From: Treponema sp.
GTDB lineage: Bacteria > Spirochaetota > Spirochaetia > Treponematales > Treponemataceae
NCBI GenBank assembly: GCA_017614295.1
Contig: JAGACC010000388.1
Span: forward strand, 1 to 34,088
DNA: 34,088 nt
Direction of reading: 5' to 3'
The notes beneath the pieces are model-generated. The model worked only from the letters and a program-made list of their open reading frames with translations. It was not told where the DNA came from and did no database searches. Both the position numbers and the translations under genes were made by a program. Positions within the stretch are counted from its first letter, which is position 1; every line of letters starts with the position of its first letter. Of this stretch, positions 1 to 9,212 are shown piece after piece.

Positions 1-1402
1 AACTTCCCAAAACCAAAAGCGGTACTTTTTCTAGCGCGGTGAATGGTATAGCAATTGAAGCATTTTCTTCTTCTGCCATGCTGGGTATTTTTGACGGAAG
101 GAAAGTCTGGAATGCAGAAATTCCCTGGGCTTGAAGAAGAGGCATTATATAGGCATAGTTTTTTTGAAGATCAAATTCATTTGCGCAAAGAACTTGTACA
201 GAAAGAGCCTTCCCCCTCACTATAGAATTGAGTTTTGTGCAAAGCTGATATTCCAAAGTCTGCACGTTGGCTGCAAAAGGAATTACTTCAGTCTTTCCAA
301 GATATTCAAGTATTATGGCTGAATAGACAGAAGAAACAGATGTTGTTGCGTCCGTGGAAGTCCTTACGTTTTGAGGATAAACTCCGGCACTTTCCAGAAG
401 CTTTTCTTTTTTTTCCTTTACAGGGTCAACAAGGCTGTAAGTGGCAAAATGTGATTCTCTAGCAAATGACGAAAGGTATTCATCTACATCACGAACCTGG
501 GGCAAAAGCGAAAGCAGTTCCCTGTTGCGGTAATAGGTAATGGAAAGGGGCTGGTCCACTTCCGAAAGCAGGGCCTTTGAATATTCAGATACAGAAAATT
601 TTTTCTGTTCAGTAACATCGGTTCTAAAATAAAAGATAGAAGAATCAATGGCAAAAAGCAAAGCAGTAAGCACAAAAAGCAAGCGTATCCTCTTAAAACC
701 CAACGACTGGTTACCGCGTCTTTTTTCCATGACAATAACACAAAGTCCATAGAAGAAGAGCGTAGAAAGAAGGAAGAAGCTTATGTCCCTTGAGTCTATA
801 ATTCCCTTTCCGGCAGCATCAAAATGCCATGCAAAAGAAAGGAAGCGCACCAGTGGAGCAAACAAAACCGCAGATGAACTTAATGAAGGAAGCACATGAA
901 TTGAATTTAGAGCCGCAAGAACAAGAGCACATGAGCAGAAAGCAGCACCTGTATTCTCAAAGGCCGTAAACACAAAAACAGCCAGGCTAGAGGAAGAAAG
1001 CAGATATAGCAAAGCCATTGAATATGCTGAATATACGGCATTCCACTCAAGGCTTCCCGCTTTAGAAACGCAAATTGGTACTGGCAGAGTTAACAAAGGG
1101 CTTACCAAAAGAATGGTAAAAATACAGAGTATCTTTGCGGCATATATAGAAAGCGCATGGAATGGCATGGAATACTCTTTTTTTGAAGTTCCGCACAAAG
1201 ACCCCAGTGTCGGGATAACAACTATGCAGACATAGGGAATCCCGTAGAAAAAAGCATGAAGTTCAGTGGTTCCTGTTACAGAAAAAAACTTTTGACCCAA
1301 AAAGAAATTTGCCGCGCAGAAGATAACAAATACCATGCAGCAAATATATGAAAGCGGAGAATACAACATCTGCAGTATGTATTTTTTGTACAAAGACCTC
1401 AT
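1..1402 (-). CDS. ABC transporter permease fused to a GldG/GIFT-like extracytoplasmic domain (GldF-GldG-like fusion); partial, runs off the window start
   Basis: Not in the ORF track. Manual translation from ATG at 1402 (ATGA overlap with the ATPase stop) stays open to position 2: MRSLYKKYILQMLYSPLSYICCMVFVIF..., several hydrophobic helices, GldF-like motif WHFDAAGKGIIDSRDISFF, then GldG N-terminal-like RTDVTEQKKFSVSEYSKALLSEVDQPLSITYY, and later YSAIILEYLGKTEVIPF...LEYQL. Confidence 0.8.
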   Translation of the reverse strand, partial: MRSLYKKYILQMLYSPLSYICCMVFVIFCAANFFLGQKFFSVTGTTELHAFFYGIPYVCIVVIPTLGSLCGTSKKEYSMPFHALSIYAAKILCIFTILLVSPLLTLPVPICVSKAGSLEWNAVYSAYSMALLYLLSSSSLAVFVFTAFENTGAAFCSCALVLAALNSIHVLPSLSSSAVLFAPLVRFLSFAWHFDAAGKGIIDSRDISFFLLSTLFFYGLCVIVMEKRRGNQSLGFKRIRLLFVLTALLFAIDSSIFYFRTDVTEQKKFSVSEYSKALLSEVDQPLSITYYRNRELLSLLPQVRDVDEYLSSFARESHFATYSLVDPVKEKKEKLLESAGVYPQNVRTSTDATTSVSSVYSAIILEYLGKTEVIPFAANVQTLEYQLCTKLNSIVRGKALSVQVLCANEFDLQKNYAYIMPLLQAQGISAFQTFLPSKIPSMAEEENASIAIPFTALEKVPLLVLGS

Positions 1403-2142
1403 GCTCCCTCTCCCGCAAGCTTAAGATAGGCTTTTTCCAAATTAGAAACATTTGCCTTTGCAATTATTTCTTCTTTTGTACCGCACGCTGCTACGCTACC
1501 ATGGCTAATGACATATATTCTTTGGCAGAGACTTTCCGCTTCTTCTATATGATGGGTGGAAAGAATTACCGTTTTCTTCTTGCTTAGATTCATAAGCATC
1601 TTTTTAATTTTTACAATCTGCTCCGGATCAAGGCCGCCGGAAAATTCATCAAGGACAAGAACTTTGGGATTGCAGGACAAGGCCTTTGCGAGACTTACCC
1701 TCTGACGGAATCCCTTTGACAGAGTTGAAATTTTATTGGTAAAGACTTCATTTAATGAACAGGATTCAACTGCAGATTCCACCAGTTCCTTCTGAACTTT
1801 TTTTTCCACGTTGTACATAGACGCGTTAAGGTAAAGCAGTTCCTTTACGGTCAGGGAAGAATCAAGTTCCGGGTATTCAGGAACAAAGCCTGTTACTTGC
1901 CTTATCTCTACTGCATCCGTAAAACCGCATACTGTAACAGTTCCCCGCGTTGCATAGTGAACTCCGCATATTGCCTTGAGCATAGTGGACTTACCTGCTC
2001 CGTTTGGCCCAAGAAGCCCTGTTACGCAGCCCTGCTCCGCATAAAAATCTATGCCCGAACATGCTGCGACATTTTTTTTGTACTCTTTGCAAAAGCCCTT
2101 GAGTTCAACAAAACCTGTCGCTGGGTAAGATTCACTTTTCAT
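1399..2142 (-). CDS. ABC transporter ATP-binding protein (GldA-like, ABC-2 exporter type)
   Basis: Walker A GPNGAGKS, signature LSKGFRQR, Walker B/D-loop VLVLDEFSGGLDP, H-loop STHH. Start placed at ATG 2142 (MKSESY), 10 bp after the rnz stop. Confidence 0.9.
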   Translation of the reverse strand: MKSESYPATGFVELKGFCKEYKKNVAACSGIDFYAEQGCVTGLLGPNGAGKSTMLKAICGVHYATRGTVTVCGFTDAVEIRQVTGFVPEYPELDSSLTVKELLYLNASMYNVEKKVQKELVESAVESCSLNEVFTNKISTLSKGFRQRVSLAKALSCNPKVLVLDEFSGGLDPEQIVKIKKMLMNLSKKKTVILSTHHIEEAESLCQRIYVISHGSVAACGTKEEIIAKANVSNLEKAYLKLAGEGA

Positions 2143-2152
2143 TATAAAGCCC

Positions 2153-3079
2153 TTAATCTTCGTAAGGAATTTCCACACGCATTCTGTCGCGGGAAAGCTC
2201 TGCATTTGGATAGACTTCCCTAGCCTGATTTAAAAGCAGATCAAGCTCGCGGTCTGTATAGCGAGGACTGTAGTGTATCATTGCCATGCGCTTAACGTTT
2301 GCATCACGCGCTATTGTTGCCGCCTGACGTGCAGTCATGTGCTTTTTTTCCTTTGCCTGGTCTTCGCAGTCATCAGCAAACATTCCTTCGCAAACTAAAA
2401 AGTCGCTGCCCTGAACTTCCTTTGCAATAGAAGGAAGATACATTGTGTCCGTTACAAAGCTGAACTTTCTTCCGCTTCTGGCCTTGCCAACAACCTGTTC
2501 CGGCTTTACTTCAACTCCGTCAGAATTTATTACGCTTTCGCCTTTTTGAAGCTTTCCCCACAAGGGTCCTCTTGGAACTTTTAGCTTAAGGGCTTCTTCC
2601 GGGTTAAATTCACCTGGGCGGTCAAGCTCTTCTAAAGTATAGCCTACGCAGGTCTTTGTGTGCTCAAGTGGAAATGCGCGTATGTAAAATCCGTCTCCCC
2701 CGTAAACTGTGCAAGGAGCTTTTATTTCGTTTACAACGATCGGATAGTTTATGTACATGTCAAGGACTTTGCGGCTGGTTTCTATGTATTCGGCGATTTT
2801 TGGAGGCCCAAATATGTAGAGCGGCTCCGTTCGGTCAACCTGTGCGCTTAGCATAAGTATTCCTGGAAGACCTGTAACATGGTCTGCATGGGTATGGGAA
2901 ACAAAAATTGCGTTTATCTTTTTACATTTAATATTCAGCCTTCTTAAGGAAACCTGGGTTCCCTCGCCACCGTCAAAAAGGAAAAGATCCCCGTCCCGCC
3001 TTAGCAAAACCGACGTTAAGTGTCTGTAAGGCAGGGGCATCATACCGCCGCAGCCCAAAACAAATGCTTCCATATTCAT
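2153..3079 (-). CDS. rnz: Ribonuclease Z (tRNA 3' endonuclease)
   Basis: Metallo-beta-lactamase HxHxDH (HTHADH), FDGGEGTQ, exosite with VPRGPLWGKLQKG, VTDT, KKHMT and IHYSPRY motifs. Start at ATG 3079 (or 3073). Confidence 0.95.
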   Translation of the reverse strand: MNMEAFVLGCGGMMPLPYRHLTSVLLRRDGDLFLFDGGEGTQVSLRRLNIKCKKINAIFVSHTHADHVTGLPGILMLSAQVDRTEPLYIFGPPKIAEYIETSRKVLDMYINYPIVVNEIKAPCTVYGGDGFYIRAFPLEHTKTCVGYTLEELDRPGEFNPEEALKLKVPRGPLWGKLQKGESVINSDGVEVKPEQVVGKARSGRKFSFVTDTMYLPSIAKEVQGSDFLVCEGMFADDCEDQAKEKKHMTARQAATIARDANVKRMAMIHYSPRYTDRELDLLLNQAREVYPNAELSRDRMRVEIPYED

Positions 3080-3086
3080 AGCGCAT

Positions 3087-3115
3087 ACTTTACAGGAAAT
3101 ACTCAAAATCTGCAA
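3087..3115 (-). promoter_or_regulatory. Putative sigma70 promoter for rnz (apparently leaderless)
   Basis: TTGCAG-17 nt-TAAAGT on the minus strand, ending 7 nt before ATG 3079; no SD sequence. Confidence 0.55.
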
Positions 3116-3184
3116 GACGTATTTTTTAGGCTAAGTGTTTAGGACTGAATAGTAAGGGATGTAATGACTTACTAAAAAAAACAG

Positions 3185-3213
3185 TGGATAAAAAATGCTT
3201 TTTGTGCAACAAT
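3185..3213 (+). promoter_or_regulatory. Putative sigma70 extended -10 promoter for the EF-hand protein gene
   Basis: TGGATA-17 nt-(TGc)AACAAT, ending 6 nt before ATG 3220; no SD. The -10 has a mismatch at its first T. Confidence 0.35.
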
Positions 3214-3219
3214 GTATAT

Positions 3220-5445
3220 ATGAACAGCATAACAAAACCACAGACACACCGCTGGCACTTTATACAGACCGGCGGACTTGTACAGGTAAAATTATCCACC
3301 ATAGATGACATTCTTCATCTTGACGAACTTGACCCCAAACTTTGGATTGCCCTTGCATGTCCGGTAAAAGGCCTTGAATTCAGCGAGGAGACTCTTACCC
3401 TCCTTGACACAGACAAAAACGGGCGCGTTCGCGTACCGGAGATTCTGGAAGCGGTTTCCTTTATAAAAAAATACTTTGCAAAGCCAGAAGTCCTAATGGA
3501 AGCAGGAGATTCGATTCCCCTGGACGCTCTTGGAAAGGAAGCTTTTGACTGCGGACACTCGCCTTACGATTCAGCAAAGGCGGTTCTTAAAATCATCGGA
3601 AAAGAAGATGCATCAGAAATAACTCTTGACGACGTTAGCGTAAAAGACAAGCTCTTTTCCCCGGCAGTATTCAACGGAGACAAAATTCTCCCGGCAGAAG
3701 CGGTAAAAGACGAGCTTAGTGCATCTGTAATAAAAGAAATAGCATCTTGCACAGGCGGTGCAGACGACATAAGCGGCAGCAAAGGCATAACCCGCGAGCA
3801 AAAGGAAGAATTCTTTGAATCTCTCCGTGCGGTAAAGGAATGGAGAAACGGAGCTCAGCAGAATGCCCCCCAGATTTTCTTCCTTAAGTATCAGACTGAT
3901 GCTGCTGCAGAGTCATACATGGCTGTAAGGGCCAAGGTTAACGAATACTTTTTGCGCTGCTCCCTCGAATGTTACAATACAGAAGTAGAGCTTTCCCTGC
4001 GTAAAAAGGAAGAAGATTCTGTTCTTTCGCAGGAAGTGCTGTGCAAGGATGAACTTTCCAAACTTCCGCTTGCTGTTTGCAAAGACGGCAGAAAAGAACT
4101 TCCGCTTGGCAACGAGATAAATCCCGCATGGAAAGACGCTGTTGATGCCTTTAGAAAGAATACCGTCGAAGCTATTTTTGGAGAAGGCAAAAAGTCCATC
4201 ACGGAAGACGAATGGAATAAAATTCAGCAGGGTTTTGAGCCTTACATGGACTGGTACAACGCCCGCCCCCAGAACTGCGCAAAGGATTTGAGCTTTGAGC
4301 GCATAGACGAGATTCTTGCATCCGATGCGGAAACACTTATCACATCATACCTTGACGAAGAGGAAAAGCACCCCCCGATTTCGCTTGCCACGCTTGAACT
4401 TAGAAAAATGATTCTTTACCGCCGGGATATGCTTGAGCTTGTAAAGAATTTCGTATCATTCGAAAACTTCTATTCACCGGATGAAGATGCCGTATTCCAG
4501 TGCGGAACCCTTTACATAGACGGAAGATCATGTGACCTATGCTTTAAGGTTATGAATCCAGAAAAGCATGCTTCTATGTCTCCCCTAAGCCAGTGCTACC
4601 TTCTATACTGCGACTGTACCAAGGCTAACGGAGAAAAAATGCAGATTGCAGCAATGGTAAGCCAAGGTTCTAGGGACAATTTTATTCCAGGACGAAACGG
4701 CGTCTTCTTTGACAGAAAAGGTCAGGACTGGGATGCCACAATTGTAAAAATAGTTGAAAACCCCATAAGCATAAAAGAAGGATTCTTTAGCCCCTACAAA
4801 AAGCTTCTACGCATGATTCAGGACAGAATAGCAAAGACAGCAGCATCGGCAGAATCCTCCGTAACAGAAAAAATGTCCGCTGCAGTGGAAAAGCCAACAG
4901 ATGCAGCTAGCGCCGCAAAGGAAGCAACAGCAGGCAAAAAAATCGATGTTGGCACAATCGCTGCCATAAGCGTTGCCTTCACGGGAATTGCAACAGTTGT
5001 TGGCGGTCTTCTTCAGGCATTCTTGGGACTTGGCTGGTGGATTCCGCTTGGAATAGCGGGACTCATACTTATTATCTCCGTACCGTCAATGTTCATCGCA
5101 TGGGCAAAGCTAAAGCAAAGGAACATAGCTCCAATTCTTGACGCAAGCGGCTGGGCTGTAAACGGAAACGTAAAGATAAACATTCCTCTGGGCTCCATGC
5201 TTACGGTCACTGCGGTTCGGCCAAAGGGTTCAAAGCTTGATTCCTTCGATCCATACCGCCAAAAGGGATTCCCGGTAAAGCGCACCATCCTTGCACTTGT
5301 TATCATAGCTCTTATTGCTCTTGCTCTCGTAGTCATTTCCAAAAATGACTGGAATTTCTTTAAGGCAATCAAGAGCGTAAAGGATTTCTTTGTAAACTTT
5401 GTTAAGATACCGGAAATTCAGGTGGCAAATACTCCGGCCACATAA
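3220..5445 (+). CDS. Uncharacterised EF-hand-containing membrane protein (~741 aa)
   Basis: Long ORF. Canonical 12-residue EF-hand loop DTDKNGRVRVPE (3406-3441), no signal peptide, about three C-terminal hydrophobic segments (IAAISVAFTGIATVVGGLL; WWIPLGIAGLILIISVPSMFIAW; TILALVIIALIALALVVIS). Confidence 0.8.
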   Translation: MNSITKPQTHRWHFIQTGGLVQVKLSTIDDILHLDELDPKLWIALACPVKGLEFSEETLTLLDTDKNGRVRVPEILEAVSFIKKYFAKPEVLMEAGDSIPLDALGKEAFDCGHSPYDSAKAVLKIIGKEDASEITLDDVSVKDKLFSPAVFNGDKILPAEAVKDELSASVIKEIASCTGGADDISGSKGITREQKEEFFESLRAVKEWRNGAQQNAPQIFFLKYQTDAAAESYMAVRAKVNEYFLRCSLECYNTEVELSLRKKEEDSVLSQEVLCKDELSKLPLAVCKDGRKELPLGNEINPAWKDAVDAFRKNTVEAIFGEGKKSITEDEWNKIQQGFEPYMDWYNARPQNCAKDLSFERIDEILASDAETLITSYLDEEEKHPPISLATLELRKMILYRRDMLELVKNFVSFENFYSPDEDAVFQCGTLYIDGRSCDLCFKVMNPEKHASMSPLSQCYLLYCDCTKANGEKMQIAAMVSQGSRDNFIPGRNGVFFDRKGQDWDATIVKIVENPISIKEGFFSPYKKLLRMIQDRIAKTAASAESSVTEKMSAAVEKPTDAASAAKEATAGKKIDVGTIAAISVAFTGIATVVGGLLQAFLGLGWWIPLGIAGLILIISVPSMFIAWAKLKQRNIAPILDASGWAVNGNVKINIPLGSMLTVTAVRPKGSKLDSFDPYRQKGFPVKRTILALVIIALIALALVVISKNDWNFFKAIKSVKDFFVNFVKIPEIQVANTPAT

Positions 5446-5487
5446 CAGGTTATAGAAAAACCACAATATTTTAAGAGGTGGAATAAA

Positions 5488-6381
5488 ATGAAAGGAATTA
5501 TTCTTGCGGGAGGGTCTGGAACCAGGCTTTACCCCATAACAAAGGCAGTTTCAAAGCAGATTCTGCCACTTTACGACAAGCCCATGGTCTATTATCCTCT
5601 TAGCGTCCTTATGCTTTCGGGGATACGAGAGGTATTGATTATCTCTACCCCCCGAGACATAAGCCTTTTTGAAGAACTATTCGGTGACGGCTCATGGCTT
5701 GGAATGAAATTTAGCTATGCGGTCCAGGATAAGCCAAGGGGACTTGCAGACGCATTCATCGTAGGGGAAAGTTTTATCGGAAATGACAGCGTAGCTCTAG
5801 TCTTGGGCGACAATATATTTTACGGACAGGCTTTTACTCCAACACTGCTTATGGCATCCGAAAAGATTCAAAAAGAAGGCGGCGCTGTAATTTTCGGCTA
5901 TTTTGTAAAAGATCCTACTGCTTACGGCGTTGTTGAATTTGACGGTTCAGGAAGCGTTCTGGGAATTGAGGAAAAGCCAAAGATGCCAAAAAGCAACTAC
6001 GCAGTTCCCGGCCTTTACTTCTACGACAACTCCGTCGTTCAAATTGCAAAGGAAATAAAACCATCCGCAAGAGGAGAAATAGAAATAACAGCGGTAAACA
6101 ATGCCTACCTTGCAAAGAAGAAACTCAGCGTTGAGCTATTGGGACGCGGTATGGCATGGCTTGACACAGGAACTTACGACGGTCTCCTCGAAGCTTCAAA
6201 CTTCATCGCAACCATTCAAAAGCGGCAGGGAATGTATGTAAGCTGCATAGAGGAAATAGCATACAGAAACGGCTGGATTGGGAAGGAAGACCTAGTAAAC
6301 CTAGCGGCAGGTTATAAAACAGATTACGGTGAATACCTAAAATACATCGCAAACCTAGACGGTATTCAACCAAGACTTTAA
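5488..6381 (+). CDS. rfbA: Glucose-1-phosphate thymidylyltransferase RmlA
   Basis: [58 protein letters not shown]; SD GAGGTG. Confidence 0.97.
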   Translation: MKGIILAGGSGTRLYPITKAVSKQILPLYDKPMVYYPLSVLMLSGIREVLIISTPRDISLFEELFGDGSWLGMKFSYAVQDKPRGLADAFIVGESFIGNDSVALVLGDNIFYGQAFTPTLLMASEKIQKEGGAVIFGYFVKDPTAYGVVEFDGSGSVLGIEEKPKMPKSNYAVPGLYFYDNSVVQIAKEIKPSARGEIEITAVNNAYLAKKKLSVELLGRGMAWLDTGTYDGLLEASNFIATIQKRQGMYVSCIEEIAYRNGWIGKEDLVNLAAGYKTDYGEYLKYIANLDGIQPRL

Positions 6382-6404
6382 ACAATTAGAGGGGAAAATT
6401 TACA

Positions 6405-6989
6405 ATGTCTTTTATTTTTACAAAATGTCCCATTGAAGGACTATGGGAAGTTCAGCCAAAGGTCTTTGGAGACAAGAGAGGCTATTTCTTTGAAGTTTAC
6501 AGCGAGAAGGACTTTAAGGAGGCAGGTCTCACCATGAATTTTGTCCAGGACAACCAGTCATCTTCCTTTAGGGGCGTTCTAAGGGGGCTTCACTTTCAGA
6601 AAAAACATCCGCAGGGAAAGCTTGTGCGTGCAGTCCAAGGGCGGGTATACGATGTGGCAGTTGACCTACGCAAAGGCTCAGAAACTTTTGGAAGATATCA
6701 CGGCGTTATCCTTGACAGCGAAAAGCAGAATCAATTCTACATACCAGAGGGATTTGCCCACGGTTTTTACGTCCTTAGCGAAAGCGCAGTCTTTGCATAC
6801 AAGTGTACGGATTTTTATCACCCGGAAGACGAGGGCGGCATCATGTGGAACGATCCCACAATTGGCATTGACTGGAAAAGCATAGCACCGGACATAGAGC
6901 CTGTCCTTTCGGAAAAAGATACAAGGCAACCCTGCTTTAGCAAAGACGGATTGTACTTTGACCTAAATTCAAAATGGATTGGTGCTTAG
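6405..6989 (+). CDS. rfbC: dTDP-4-dehydrorhamnose 3,5-epimerase RmlC
   Basis: FGDKRGYFFE, FVQDNQS, GVLRGLHFQ, QGKLVR, DVAVDLR, IPEGFAHGF, YKC. Confidence 0.96.
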   Translation: MSFIFTKCPIEGLWEVQPKVFGDKRGYFFEVYSEKDFKEAGLTMNFVQDNQSSSFRGVLRGLHFQKKHPQGKLVRAVQGRVYDVAVDLRKGSETFGRYHGVILDSEKQNQFYIPEGFAHGFYVLSESAVFAYKCTDFYHPEDEGGIMWNDPTIGIDWKSIAPDIEPVLSEKDTRQPCFSKDGLYFDLNSKWIGA

Positions 6990-7009
6990 AATAGCCCAAG
7001 CAAAAGTTC

Positions 7010-7038
7010 TTGAAAAAACAATTTTAAAAGCCTATAAT
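7010..7038 (+). promoter_or_regulatory. Sigma70 promoter internal to the rml cluster, upstream of rmlD
   Basis: TTGAAA(7010-7015)-17 nt-TATAAT(7033-7038), then SD GAGGTG and ATG 7057. Confidence 0.7.
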
Positions 7039-7056
7039 AGACTTTAGAGGTGAATT

Positions 7057-8016
7057 ATGGTTTGGCTTATCGGCAGCAAAGGAATGCTTGGTTCAGAAAT
7101 CGGCAGGCAGCTTACAGCAAATAAAATAAACTGGGTTGGTACAGATAAAGAAGTAGACATTACAAATATAGAAGCCCTAGACAACTTTGCGGAATCACAT
7201 GACATTGCGGCAAACAGGACAGGAAGCACAGTGGCAAAGGGAAAGCTCCCCACAAAAATCACATGGATTATAAACTGTGCAGGTTATACAGCCGTAGACA
7301 AGGCAGAAGAAGAAAAGGACCTAGCAAAAAAGCTAAATGAAGACGGAGCAAGAAACATAGCCCGTGCAGCCCGCCACATAGGCGCAAAGCTTATTCATAT
7401 TTCAACTGACTATGTTTTTGACGGCGAAACAGACTCTCCCTACACGGAAGAAAGCGCAAAAAATCCCCAGAGCACATACGGGCTAACAAAGGCTGCAGGA
7501 GAAGATGCAGTTCAAAAAGAAATGACCCAGTACTACATACTGAGGACAGCATGGCTTTACGGATTCAACGGCCACAACTTTGTATATTCCATGACAAAGC
7601 TTTTTAACACAAAGGATAGCATCTCTGTTGTAAACGACCAGAGGGGAAGCCCAACGAATGCAGCGGATCTTGCAAGCACAATCATTAAAATCATAATGAC
7701 TTCGGTAAACGCCCCAAAACTGTTCGGAAAGAATTCTGCACTACCATACGGTATCTATCAGTTTACAAATTCCGGAGAAACGACATGGTATGATTTTGCA
7801 AAAAAGATTTATGAGCTTGGAAAAAAGTACAAGCGCATAACGCAAGATTGCACTATAAGCCCCTGCACTACAGAAGAATATCCTACAGCTGCAAAAAGGC
7901 CCCATTATTCTGTTTTGAGCAAGGAAAAAATTCAAAAGGCCCTTAAAATGAAAATCCCTTCATGGGAAGAAAGCCTTGAAAAATTCATAAAGTCAGAAAA
8001 TTTTAAAGGGGAATAA
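7057..8016 (+). CDS. rfbD: dTDP-4-dehydrorhamnose reductase RmlD
   Basis: GSKGMLG, NCAGYTAVDKAEEE, HISTDYVFDG, YGLTK (YxxxK), LRTAWLYG, VVNDQRGSPT, AKRPHYSVL. Confidence 0.95.
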   Translation: MVWLIGSKGMLGSEIGRQLTANKINWVGTDKEVDITNIEALDNFAESHDIAANRTGSTVAKGKLPTKITWIINCAGYTAVDKAEEEKDLAKKLNEDGARNIARAARHIGAKLIHISTDYVFDGETDSPYTEESAKNPQSTYGLTKAAGEDAVQKEMTQYYILRTAWLYGFNGHNFVYSMTKLFNTKDSISVVNDQRGSPTNAADLASTIIKIIMTSVNAPKLFGKNSALPYGIYQFTNSGETTWYDFAKKIYELGKKYKRITQDCTISPCTTEEYPTAAKRPHYSVLSKEKIQKALKMKIPSWEESLEKFIKSENFKGE

Positions 8017-8017
8017 T

Positions 8018-9139
8018 TTGAAAACAAGACGGCTAAAGAATATTCTTGTAACAGGCGGATGCGGTTTTATAGGCAGCAATTTCATCAACTACCTTTTTGG
8101 AAAGAGCGCAACCGGTCAAAAAGAATTTCAGGATGCAAATTTTGACGGAAAAATTATCAACGTTGACTGTCTTACCTATGCAGGAAACCCGGAAAACCTC
8201 AAGGCGGTTCAAGATGAATTCGGAGGAAAGAGATACTTCTTCGAAAAAGTTGACATAACCGACAGCAGTCAGATTGAGCGTATCTTTAAGCAGTATGACA
8301 TTGACACTGTGGTTCATTTTGCGGCGGAATCCCATGTAGATCGCTCAATATTGGGCCCGGAAGCCTTTCTTAAGACAAATGTAAACGGCACATTCACGCT
8401 TTTGGAAGCTGCAAGAAGATACTGGGGAGTTTCTCTTGACAAAAAACGCGATGACGTACTCTTCCACCACATATCAACAGATGAAGTATACGGTTCCCTA
8501 GGGCCAAGCGGCTATTTTACAGAAAGCACCCCCTACGACCCCCGCTCCCCCTATTCAGCGAGCAAGGCTTCAAGCGACCACATTGCAATGGCTTACTTCC
8601 ACACATACGGACTCCCCGTAACACTAAGCAACTGCACCAATAACTACGGTCCCTACCAGTTCCCGGAAAAGCTGATTCCCCTCATGGTGAACAATATCCG
8701 GGAAGCAAAGGAACTGCCAGTCTACGGAGAAGGTAAAAACATACGCGACTGGATTTACGTGGAAGACCACAACCGGGCAGTATGGCAAATTGTAAACTCA
8801 GGAACAGCCGGCCAAAAGTACAACATAGGCGGTGAAAACGAATGGCAAAACATAGACCTTTTGAACAAGCTGATTGAACTTACGGCAAAGGAAACAGGTC
8901 TTGACGAAGATGCGGTAAAAAAGACAATCGTACACGTAAAGGACCGCCCGGGACACGATGCGCGATATGCCATTGACTGCTCAAAAATAAAGGCGGAACT
9001 TGGCTGGGAGCGCAAAATGACCTTTGAGCAGGGGCTTCTTCTTACAGTAAAATGGTACCTTGCAAACCGTGATTGGATAGAAAACATAAAAAGCGGGGAA
9101 TACCTAAAGTGGCTGGAAAAGAACTATTCCGCCAGATAA
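8018..9139 (+). CDS. rfbB: dTDP-glucose 4,6-dehydratase RmlB
   Basis: TTG start 1 bp after the rmlD stop; VTGGCGFIGSNF, LTYAGN, HFAAESHVDRSI, STDEVYGSL, PRSPYSASKAS, NNYGPYQFPEKLIP, DRPGHDARYAID. Confidence 0.96.
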   Translation: MKTRRLKNILVTGGCGFIGSNFINYLFGKSATGQKEFQDANFDGKIINVDCLTYAGNPENLKAVQDEFGGKRYFFEKVDITDSSQIERIFKQYDIDTVVHFAAESHVDRSILGPEAFLKTNVNGTFTLLEAARRYWGVSLDKKRDDVLFHHISTDEVYGSLGPSGYFTESTPYDPRSPYSASKASSDHIAMAYFHTYGLPVTLSNCTNNYGPYQFPEKLIPLMVNNIREAKELPVYGEGKNIRDWIYVEDHNRAVWQIVNSGTAGQKYNIGGENEWQNIDLLNKLIELTAKETGLDEDAVKKTIVHVKDRPGHDARYAIDCSKIKAELGWERKMTFEQGLLLTVKWYLANRDWIENIKSGEYLKWLEKNYSAR

Positions 9140-9163
9140 GTCCTGCATAAGAAATGGAGTTTA

Positions 9164-9192
9164 TAGACATAATTCATTCTATATGCTATAAT
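9164..9192 (+). promoter_or_regulatory. Sigma70 extended -10 promoter for wbaP and the Omp85-like gene
   Basis: TAGACA(9164-9169)-17 nt-TATAAT(9187-9192) with TGn immediately before the -10. Confidence 0.7.
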
Positions 9193-9212
9193 CTTATCAG
9201 GTAAACATTGTT

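Noticed and set aside
131-1587. Short track ORFs at the window start
   Set aside because: Superseded by the continuous minus-strand GldF/G-like frame from 1402 to the window edge.
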